Positions 9,087 through 16,830 of a stretch of DNA of 64,000 nucleotides are shown one piece after another. The notes beneath the pieces were generated by a model. The model had not been told where the DNA came from. It saw only the letters and a program-made list of their open reading frames with translations, and searched no databases. The position numbers and the translations under genes are program-made. The number at the start of each line of letters is the position of its first letter. The stretch's first letter is position 1. Source of the DNA: Terriglobia bacterium (GTDB lineage Bacteria > Acidobacteriota > Terriglobia > 2-12-FULL-54-10); the NCBI GenBank assembly GCA_963666975.2, contig CAXVYR010000002.1, forward strand, positions 267,436 through 331,435. The letters are read 5' to 3'.

Positions 9087-10400
9087 ATGACGGAACTGAA
9101 AAAAACGGGGATATTTTGTCTGGCCGCGCTCCTTTTGGCGGTTGCCGCCTTGGTGTTCGACACGGGAGGAGTCACTCCGGAGATTTTCAGCGACCAGGGT
9201 GATCCTTTTTATCCGGATTTCACCGATCCCCAGGCTCCCAAGGCCATTGAAGTGATTGACTACGACGAAGCCACGGCAACCGCGCATCCGCTCAAGGTGG
9301 AGTTCCGGGACAACCAGTGGAGCATTCCCTCGCATTACAGCTACCCGGCCGACGCCCAGGACCGCCTGCCCAAAACGGCCGCCGCCCTGATGGAGTTGCG
9401 GAAAGACGCCATTGTCTCCGATAGCGTCGAGGACCACAGCGTCTATGGAGTCGTCGATCCTATAGACCCGGCTGCCACAACGCTCACGGGACGGGGCAAA
9501 CGAATCACTCTGCGGAATGAAAACGGAGATGTGCTGGCCGATTTCGTCGTGGGCAATGCTGTGGAGGACAAACCCGGCTATCGTTACCTGCGGGTTCCAG
9601 GCCAGAGGCGTACCTACGCCGTCCAGACCGATGCCGATGTCTCCGCCAGTTTTGTTGATTGGATTGAGACGGATTTGCTAAAGCTTTCCGTCGGGTATAT
9701 CCAAAAGATCGCCGTCAACAGCTACTCGATCAATGAGACCTTCGGGAGGATCGAAAACGTGGAGCGGCTGACGCTCGTCAAAGCGGAAGACAAGTGGACG
9801 CTCAGCGGCGGCGGCGATCCCAACGATGACAAAATGAGGGCTCTCACCGACGCGCTGGACAATCTCCGGATCGTTGACGTGCAGCCGAAGCCGCCCAACC
9901 TGACGCGCGACCTCAAGACCCGCGAGGGCATTCAGTTGTCCGTGGATTCAGTGATGTCCCTACAGCAGAAGGGATTTTTTGTCACCCAAAACGGCCAGTT
10001 GTTTTCCAATGAGGGCGAGGTTGTTGTCGATACGGTCAACGGGTTGCAGTACACGCTCCGCTTCGGAGAGATTGCTTCCGGCGGGCCGTCTGCACCGGAG
10101 GAAACCAGCGGTGAATCGGCGGAGCAAACCGAGAGTGCCGGTGAAACAGAGGAGCGTCGATACCTGTTCATCACCGTGAACTACAGCGAAGCCCGTGCCC
10201 GGCAGTACTCCGGCGGCGAGGACTCCAGCGAAGAGGCCGAAGTTGACGACGCGGGCGAAGAGCTGGCGACGGAACTGCAAAACCGCTTCGCCGACTGGTA
10301 CTACGTCATCACCGGCGCTGATTTCAACATCCTGAGGCCGCGGCGGCAGTATCTGTTGAGGGCCACTCCTGCCTCTCCCTCTGTCGCCTCCAGCTTGTGA
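9087..10400 (+). CDS. DUF4340-like membrane-anchored protein, the usual partner of GldG-type ABC systems
   Basis: 437-aa ORF directly after the GldG-like gene, with an N-terminal TM helix. The family assignment comes from position and overall look, not from a search. Confidence 0.55.
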   Translation: MTELKKTGIFCLAALLLAVAALVFDTGGVTPEIFSDQGDPFYPDFTDPQAPKAIEVIDYDEATATAHPLKVEFRDNQWSIPSHYSYPADAQDRLPKTAAALMELRKDAIVSDSVEDHSVYGVVDPIDPAATTLTGRGKRITLRNENGDVLADFVVGNAVEDKPGYRYLRVPGQRRTYAVQTDADVSASFVDWIETDLLKLSVGYIQKIAVNSYSINETFGRIENVERLTLVKAEDKWTLSGGGDPNDDKMRALTDALDNLRIVDVQPKPPNLTRDLKTREGIQLSVDSVMSLQQKGFFVTQNGQLFSNEGEVVVDTVNGLQYTLRFGEIASGGPSAPEETSGESAEQTESAGETEERRYLFITVNYSEARARQYSGGEDSSEEAEVDDAGEELATELQNRFADWYYVITGADFNILRPRRQYLLRATPASPSVASSL

Positions 10401-10433
10401 GCGGGCAAATCTTGCCTGCCGTGCTTTAATCAG

Positions 10434-10510
10434 TTTCACAGTTCCTACATAGTCCGAGCCGCGACCGTGAGGGAGCGGGTAAAATGGCGTTTTTCAACAA
10501 CCTGCTGGAG
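10434..10510 (+). repeat. Dispersed intergenic repeat, copy 1 (TTTCACAGTTC...TCCGAGCCGCG...GAGGGAGCGGGTAAA...TTTTTCAACAACC)
   Basis: Aligns by eye with 12661..12735 and with the reverse complement of 43223..43316. Confidence 0.7.
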
Positions 10511-10746
10511 CATTTCACCAATTGGTGTAGTCTGGCTAATCCTTGGCAACCACGGCGAACGCTGTCATCCCGAGCGAAGTCGAGGGAAAAGCGCTCGTCG
10601 TGGCTACCAGCGCCCGATTTACACCAAGGAGAGAAATGCTTTAGAAATTTTTGTTAGCGGAACCGCTGGAACGCCCTTCCTTACCTGCGACCGACGCACG
10701 GAAAGAACTCCCTCAAGCTTTCTTGCGGCTCACCGCACTTATACTC

Positions 10747-12489
10747 TTACCGAACCTGCACTTTCACCATCTTCGATGGCGGACGGTAAGCGGGGATCCA
10801 CAGCGTGGGCCGGTCGGCGGTCCGGTCGACCGTTAGATCGCGGACCTCATACGGCAAGGGCATAAAGAATTCCGTAGTCTTCTCAGTTCTCATATCGAGA
10901 CGGAAGATTCGGCTGTTATTGAAGTCCGTTGCCCAAACCCACTGATTCTTATTGTCGACCGACATAGAGTAGGGCGCGGGAAACGGGGAGCCGAAAGGCT
11001 TCGAGCCGGGAACGAGCGGAAATTCTTTGACTTCGCCTTTGTTCGCATCGAACATGCCGATCCTGCCGGCAAAGTAGAGGCCGACCCAGAGGCGGTCTTG
11101 CGCGTCCATCTCCCCGCGCCGGGGACCGGATTGCGGCGTAGGAGTGGGAAAGTCGGCGTACTCTTCCGTTCTGGGATCAAACATTCCGATTTTGCCGTTG
11201 CGCCATACGTTCAGGATGGACCTGCCTTGCGAATCCACTTCCATATCATAGGTGCCGTCATTCGGAGGAATCGTGTACTCCTGCACTGCTCCGCTCTCCA
11301 TGTCGACCTTGTAAAGGGCGCCCTCGTCGTCGGTGTGCCAAACGTTGCCTGCCGGGTCGATTCCAAACATGTTGGAGCCTGAAGTCCGGGGCGTGAATTG
11401 TTCCGTCTGGGGATTGAAGCTGATAGTAGCTTCGCGCAAACCGAACACCACATTCCCTTGGGGATCAAAAGTGATGTCGTGCGAGCCTCCGGCTGGATTG
11501 CCTGCACGCGCCTGCCCCGCAGGTTCGCTGACCCTTCCGCTCCCAGAAGGTATTGGATACGGAAATTCCTTCACTTCACCGGTCTTCTTGTCGAGCCTGC
11601 CCAGAACATAGGAGAAGTGGTCCGTGTACCATCCGTAATTTGCATCTACGATAATATCGTGGGGCCAAGCAAACCGCCGGTCCCCGCGAAGCATATAAAG
11701 TTCCCGGCTCCCGCCCCGGGGAATGTCGTACTCGGTCACTACAATGCCCGTGGAAGCCTCGCCCGTTGGCCGGGGGCGCAGTTGGAACGGAAGCTGGTCG
11801 GAAGAGCCTGGCCCCCGAATCGAAGCCAGGTAGTCAGCCAGCGGTTCCAGGAACCTCTTTTGGCCATAAGCGCTGGTTCCGGGAGCGTCCCGCGAGACGC
11901 GTCTTTCCCCTGCCATTCGGCTGATGATCTGAACCCACTCCTGCTTCGTATGCGGGTTTCTGAGGGCCCACTGCAACGAGTGGCAGTTGCTGCACTGTGT
12001 CAGCAAAAACTTCATGTCATCGCTGCCGGGCAGCGCAACCGCAATTTCTGCGGCAGTCGCTTCACTGAGCAACGGTTGCCGGGGTCGCAAGGTGAAGTTC
12101 AACTCCGCCGTTTTCCCGGCAGTAAGCAGAACGGCTTCCCGGTTGACATGCTCAAAGTCAGGAAGCTGGATGGCTACGTTATAGGAACCCGGAGCCACGT
12201 CCGACCACTCCGGAAATGAGTACTCACCCCGGCGGTTGGTGTAGACACTGACCGTCATGTTGCTGTTCTGACGATGGGCTCGAACCGGAATGCCCGCCAG
12301 CGGCACTCCGCTGGAAGAAGCAACACGGCCGTTGAGAAGCGGCGCTTCCGCGGCGAAGGATGCGGCCGGCGACACGCAAGCGGCCGCCCAAACGGCCATC
12401 AGGATTGCTGCCCGCGTATAGCTCTGAGTATAACTATGGATATTGAGTCTAGGGATAGTGAGCCTTGGCAATATTGTGGCATTCATCAT
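10747..12489 (-). CDS. Secreted CarboxypepD_reg domain + mono-haem (CxxCH) module + beta-propeller (streptogramin-lyase/Vgb-like) protein
   Basis: Start taken at the MM codons (12489; SD GGAGAAAGG). Signal peptide ...ASFAAEA. Ig-like 'GRVASSSGVPLAGIPVRA...GSYNVAIQ'. The haem motif 'CSNCHS' sits in a module resembling those of 4709..5305. The C-terminal half is repeat-rich with W/D/G blades. Confidence 0.65.
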   Translation of the reverse strand: MMNATILPRLTIPRLNIHSYTQSYTRAAILMAVWAAACVSPAASFAAEAPLLNGRVASSSGVPLAGIPVRAHRQNSNMTVSVYTNRRGEYSFPEWSDVAPGSYNVAIQLPDFEHVNREAVLLTAGKTAELNFTLRPRQPLLSEATAAEIAVALPGSDDMKFLLTQCSNCHSLQWALRNPHTKQEWVQIISRMAGERRVSRDAPGTSAYGQKRFLEPLADYLASIRGPGSSDQLPFQLRPRPTGEASTGIVVTEYDIPRGGSRELYMLRGDRRFAWPHDIIVDANYGWYTDHFSYVLGRLDKKTGEVKEFPYPIPSGSGRVSEPAGQARAGNPAGGSHDITFDPQGNVVFGLREATISFNPQTEQFTPRTSGSNMFGIDPAGNVWHTDDEGALYKVDMESGAVQEYTIPPNDGTYDMEVDSQGRSILNVWRNGKIGMFDPRTEEYADFPTPTPQSGPRRGEMDAQDRLWVGLYFAGRIGMFDANKGEVKEFPLVPGSKPFGSPFPAPYSMSVDNKNQWVWATDFNNSRIFRLDMRTEKTTEFFMPLPYEVRDLTVDRTADRPTLWIPAYRPPSKMVKVQVR

Positions 12490-12660
12490 ATAGCTGACCT
12501 TTCTCCAGATTTCTTGGAACTCCGCCGGAATACTCGAATACAACCTTATCGGAGAAGTCTGTCTGTCTGTCCGGGATTCTACGCCAGTTACCCTTGCAGG
12601 TCGAATCGGAAATTCACATAGCTTCCTAGGTGATATCACGGCTTGTTTTGGCTAAGCCCG

Positions 12661-12735
12661 TTTCACAGTTCGTGTATAGTCCGAGCCGCGCGTGTTAGCA
12701 AGCGGACCCATACACCAGTTTTTCAACAACCCCTT
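12661..12735 (+). repeat. Dispersed intergenic repeat, copy 2
   Basis: 'tttcacagttcgtgtatagtccgagccgcg...tttttcaacaacc' is shared with 10434..10510 and with 43223..43316 (rc). Confidence 0.7.
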
Positions 12736-12775
12736 AGACCGTCTGATACATGAGGGGCGGGCCGGCTCCTGGTTT

Positions 12776-12813
12776 CACTGATCATAGTTGCACTGATCAT
12801 AGTTGCACTGATC
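12776..12813. repeat. 15-bp tandem repeat 'cactgatcatagttg' x2.5
   Basis: Read directly from the sequence: 12776..12790, 12791..12805, and a partial copy at 12806..12813. Confidence 0.9.
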
Positions 12814-12817
12814 CTTG

Positions 12818-12872
12818 ATGCATTATGGATGCATTATGGATGCACTCTGGATGCACTATGGATGCACTATGG
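12818..12872. repeat. 11-bp tandem repeat 'atgca(t/c)t(a/c)tgg' x5
   Basis: Five head-to-tail units: atgcattatgg x2, atgcactctgg, atgcactatgg x2. The last unit overlaps the stop codon of the 12867..13724 gene. Confidence 0.9.
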
Positions 12873-13724
12873 AACCGGCAGAAGCGGCTTCTGGTCTGGC
12901 GACAGTTGCTGATCGAACGTAGTCAGCAACACGGCGGTGCTCGCATAGTTGCCCATCAAGGAAACCATGTCGACGAGAGTCTTGTTTCCAAACAGCTGCA
13001 AGGCGCGCGCGAAAGTATCCGGGCTGAGCCGGTGGTTCCTGAAGACTTCGCGGCCGAGCCGGATGATGGACGCCTCTTTTTCGCCCAGTCCCGTAAGGGG
13101 CTTGCGGAGCCTGACGACGTCAATGATCGCAGGTTCCAGGCCTTCCTGTAGTGCCACGCCTTCGCGGCCGAGCCGGATGATGGACGCCTCTTTTTCGCCC
13201 AGTCCCGTAAGGGGCTTGCGGAGCCTGACGACGTCAATGATCGCAGGTTCCAGGCCTTCCTGTAGTGCCACGCCTTCGTGAACCGTCCACTCAAACTGCT
13301 GGTCCATTTCGCGGGCCGTCACCAGGATAGCCAGTTCCGTCAGCCGGCGTCCGAGGTCGGATTCGTACCGGAGATATTCGCTTTCCCTCGCGCGCAGGCT
13401 GTGGAGCCGTATCCCCGCCGGTCCCTGCAGCCCGGCGAGCGAGCGGGGGTTGCTGACGGCGGAGTCGTAGGCCTTTTTTCCCTGCTCGTCCATGTCCTCT
13501 CGTTGGATCAGGGGAAGGCGGTTGCGTGAGTCGGGATAGACATCATCGGGAAACTCTGCCGCGGATGTTTGAGAAGATGCTTGCGACGATGTTTGAGAAG
13601 ATGCTTGCGGGGCGCCACCGACAGGCGATGCGGGTTGTTGCGATACGCTGTTCTGCCCGCACCCCACGGCGGCCCATGTTCCAGCGACCAGCAAAAAAGC
13701 TCCCAGGGTTTGAAACAGTCTCAT
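12867..13724 (-). CDS. Carboxymuconolactone-decarboxylase (CMD/AhpD-like) family lipoprotein with internal 38-aa duplication
   Basis: SD AGGAGGTGA. Signal peptide with a lipobox-like 'AAVGC'. S/Q-rich linker 'SSQTSSQASSQTS'. CMD-like core '...REMDQQFEWTVHEGVALQEG...MGNYASTAVLLTTFD'. The segment 'GVALQEGLEPAIIDVVRLRKPLTGLGEKEASIIRLGRE' occurs twice in tandem. Confidence 0.65.
   Translation of the reverse strand: MRLFQTLGAFLLVAGTWAAVGCGQNSVSQQPASPVGGAPQASSQTSSQASSQTSAAEFPDDVYPDSRNRLPLIQREDMDEQGKKAYDSAVSNPRSLAGLQGPAGIRLHSLRARESEYLRYESDLGRRLTELAILVTAREMDQQFEWTVHEGVALQEGLEPAIIDVVRLRKPLTGLGEKEASIIRLGREGVALQEGLEPAIIDVVRLRKPLTGLGEKEASIIRLGREVFRNHRLSPDTFARALQLFGNKTLVDMVSLMGNYASTAVLLTTFDQQLSPDQKPLLPVP
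13046..13273. repeat. Perfect 114-bp x2 tandem duplication inside the CMD-family CDS
   Basis: 13046..13159 and 13160..13273 are identical base for base. The 5-bp string 'cttcg' starts both copies and occurs again immediately after copy 2. Confidence 0.95.
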
Positions 13725-13964
13725 TTCCTTTCACCTCCTGCGGGAGAAATTATGATTTTGTCCGAAATTTCCGATGTCGAGCTTCTCTTCGTCCTAAAGC
13801 ATACGCAAGCCGGCGTGCCGACTCAAGCCTGCCGGGCAGTATCGTTTTCGGCCAATTCCGCTTGCCCATTCCCCGCTTCGCAGCGGCCTCTCAACAATTG
13901 CTTTACCCTATGACCTCGTGTACCCTTTTCCTAAGTATTCCTATTCAAGAGGGAGGCGGGGCAC

Positions 13965-14795
13965 ATGCGGTATTGGGGATTAATATTGCTCCTCGGTGCG
14001 GGGCTGCTGATTGCGCTCACACTAGGCGTGCGGGATATCCGCCGGGCTCAATCCGAATTGGGGCAGCCGGTCGGCAGCGGCTCCGCAACGGACATCCCAA
14101 CCATACGGTTCGTGAAGAACCCCTCTCCTGTGCCGGAATTTACCTATGAAGACCTGGAAGGACGAAGCCAGGGCACGCGTGACTGGCTGGGCAAAGTGGT
14201 TCTGTTGAATTTCTGGGCCACATGGTGCCCGCCTTGCCGGGCGGAGATTCCCGACCTGATCCGGCTGCAGACCGAGTATGCGGACCGTTTGCTGATTGTC
14301 GGGCTCTCGACCGACGCTGAGGGAAAAGAAATAGTGCAGTCATTTGTGGAAGAGGCGGGGATCAACTACCGGGTAGGCATGTCCACACCGGAGGTGGAAG
14401 CAAAATTCGGGGGTGTTTTGGGCCTCCCGACAACTTTCTTGGTGGATACCAGGGGACGAGTCGTACAAAAGCATATCGGTTTTGCGAACCCGGAGCTTTA
14501 CGAAATGGAGATTCGCGCCTTGCTGGATCTCCCCGTCAATGCGAACGTGGAAATGTTTGAGGACGAGGGACAAGTCTTCCTCTCAAACGCCGCCAATGCA
14601 ACCGAGTTGCCTGGAGTGGACCTCTCCCAGCTTACTCCGGAACAACGGAAAGCCGCCCTCCGGCAGCTCAACGAGCAGACATGCACCTGCGGATGCAATT
14701 TGACGCTGGCGCAGTGCCGGATCAACGACACCACTTGCGTTGTGAGCACGGAGCTCGCCAATCAAGTGGTGGAGGAAATTATAGCCTCTCAGTAG
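13965..14795 (+). CDS. Membrane-anchored TlpA/ResA-like thiol:disulfide oxidoreductase with Cys-rich C-terminal extension
   Basis: SD GGGAGG. N-terminal TM helix. Thioredoxin motif 'FWATWCPPCRAEIP'. C-terminal 'CTCGCNLTLAQCRINDTTC'. Confidence 0.8.
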   Translation: MRYWGLILLLGAGLLIALTLGVRDIRRAQSELGQPVGSGSATDIPTIRFVKNPSPVPEFTYEDLEGRSQGTRDWLGKVVLLNFWATWCPPCRAEIPDLIRLQTEYADRLLIVGLSTDAEGKEIVQSFVEEAGINYRVGMSTPEVEAKFGGVLGLPTTFLVDTRGRVVQKHIGFANPELYEMEIRALLDLPVNANVEMFEDEGQVFLSNAANATELPGVDLSQLTPEQRKAALRQLNEQTCTCGCNLTLAQCRINDTTCVVSTELANQVVEEIIASQ

Positions 14796-15135
14796 AAATC
14801 CGAGGCCGCCACCAATCAGCAACGCAGATTTAGGGCACTGCCGTCTCCTACTCTCAATTGATTTAGCTTCTTTCCTCGTGTAATCTTTCCCCAGCATTTC
14901 CAATCAGGCGGGAGTAAAAACGCGGCGGTTTCACCCGAACACCCGAATTTGTTATGCGCCGCGTTATGCGTCGCGATGTCACCCAAACAAACAGGGGGGA
15001 GTTTGAGCTTGAGGGAACAGGGCGGTTAGCATATGCTTTTGGATTCACTAGATGCTCGAACCGGATATTCCCGATCATTGCACAAGGCTTCTGCATCATA
15101 CTGAGAGATGCTGTTGCGTGAAATGCTGAACTAGA

Positions 15136-15346
15136 GCGTTTTCACAGTTGGTGTAAACCACAACGCATTGTCATTCCGAGCCCTTTGGCGTTGCTCAGGA
15201 TAAACTCCGCGAGGAAGCTCGCTTTTCACAATAACAGCCTGTGGAACAAGCAGATTCCTCGGGCCGACCACAAACCTCGGCCCTCGGAATGACATTCTAA
15301 AAAGGTTTTGGAGCAAATCCACGAGCTACACCAACTGTGAAAACGC
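15136..15346. mobile_element. Non-coding MITE-like element, 211 bp, with perfect 20-bp terminal inverted repeats
   Basis: The TIRs are GCGTTTTCACAGTTGGTGTA (15136..15155) and TACACCAACTGTGAAAACGC (15327..15346). Internal palindrome gtcattccgag...ctcggaatgac. No ORF. Confidence 0.75.
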
Positions 15347-15393
15347 CTTAGAACTATATAGCAGCGGTTCCAGACCATTACCTAAGGGGACTT

Positions 15394-16830
15394 ATGACGA
15401 ACAGGAAGATTGCGACGGGGGCGAAGCGGCGACAGAACCTCGTACTGGCAGCCATCCTAACATTGCTCGGAGTGGGTGCTGGATTTTTGCTATCCGGGGG
15501 AAATGATATTGAGGCGCGCTCTGCCTTGGGCCGCAAACCCACCGGATTTCCCCAGCTAGTCTCGGTAGAACCCTTGCCGATGATGGACGGGGAGATGTGC
15601 CAGTGGATGCCCGCCAGCGCATCCGGCAACCTTCGCGCGTCACTCTTCCAGACGGGCGCATCCGGTCGCGCCGCCTCGGCGGAAGACCCGAACCGCGAGG
15701 AGGTTCGGCGGCGGCCCCCCCTGCGAACCATCAAAGACCCCTATGCTTCGTTCAGCGCCATCGCGGTGGACCCCGTTCGCGATGAAGTGATCATGACCGA
15801 TGAAAGTCTCTTCCAGATTCTCGTCTATGACCGATTGACCAACACTCCTCCCACGGCCCAATTTTCCGAGCCGAAGCGGTCCATCGGCGGTTTAGATACG
15901 AAGGTGGATTATGTCTGCGGGCTCTACATCGATCCGGCAAGCGGCGACATCTACGCCATCAACAACGACACGGTGGACACGCTGGTCATCTTCAACCGCC
16001 AGGCCAAGGGCAACATTCCGCCGACGCGGGAACTCTACACCCCGCACGGCACCTACGGGATTGCGGTGGATGAGGGAGCCGAGGAGCTGTTTCTCACCAT
16101 TGAGCACGACAGCGCCGTGGTGGTCTTCAACAAGTGGGCGGAGAAGGATGCGGAGCCGCTGCGATCCTTGCAGGGAGAACGGACGCGTCTGGCCGACCCG
16201 CACGGCATCGCCCTGGACGCGGAGCGGAATGTGATGTACGTCGCCAACTTCGGCTCGTCCCAATCCCACGATCCCAACCTCGACAACAAGTCCCGGCCGA
16301 TGTACAGCCGGGGCGAAGGAAAAGCCAACTGGCCTCTGACGCGCAACAGCGTCATTCCGGGCAGCGGACGTTTCACCGATCCGTCCATCACCGTGTATGC
16401 GAAGGACGCGCGAGGAAACACGGCTCCCCTCCGTGTCATCCAGGGCCCGAAGGCGAGGCTGAACTGGCCCACAGGACTGGCCCTTGACCCGGTAACCCAT
16501 GAACTTTTTGTCACCAACGACATGAATGACGAGGTGCTGGTCTTCGACGGGGACGCCGAGGGAGACGTGGCGCCGAAACGCATTCTCGGCGGGCCGAAGA
16601 CGATGATCAAAAACCCCACCGGCGTCTGGGTGGACCGGGAAAATGAAGAGTTGTGGGTCGCCAGTTTCGGCAACTACACAGCGACCGTTTTTCCGTTGGG
16701 CGCATCCGGCGACACGGCCCCGCGACGGGTGATTCGCAGCGGCCCCCTGGGAAAACCCGCGCTCATGATCGGGAACCCGCACCCAGTGGCCTATGACAGC
16801 AAGCGCGAGCAGATTCTGGTCCCCAACTGA
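15394..16830 (+). CDS. Membrane-anchored beta-propeller repeat protein, N-terminal part (ends at in-frame TGA)
   Basis: SD AAGGGG. TM helix 'LVLAAILTLLGVGAGFLL'. Repeated ~42-aa blades of the form 'P.G.A.D...E..V.......VF...A.G..AP.R.I.G'. Confidence 0.7.
   Translation: MTNRKIATGAKRRQNLVLAAILTLLGVGAGFLLSGGNDIEARSALGRKPTGFPQLVSVEPLPMMDGEMCQWMPASASGNLRASLFQTGASGRAASAEDPNREEVRRRPPLRTIKDPYASFSAIAVDPVRDEVIMTDESLFQILVYDRLTNTPPTAQFSEPKRSIGGLDTKVDYVCGLYIDPASGDIYAINNDTVDTLVIFNRQAKGNIPPTRELYTPHGTYGIAVDEGAEELFLTIEHDSAVVVFNKWAEKDAEPLRSLQGERTRLADPHGIALDAERNVMYVANFGSSQSHDPNLDNKSRPMYSRGEGKANWPLTRNSVIPGSGRFTDPSITVYAKDARGNTAPLRVIQGPKARLNWPTGLALDPVTHELFVTNDMNDEVLVFDGDAEGDVAPKRILGGPKTMIKNPTGVWVDRENEELWVASFGNYTATVFPLGASGDTAPRRVIRSGPLGKPALMIGNPHPVAYDSKREQILVPN

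Noticed and set aside
14847-14859. 13-nt exact match 'cctactctcaatt', also present at 63777.
   Set aside because: A match of this length is expected by chance many times in all-against-all comparison of a 64-kb window, and the flanks do not align convincingly.
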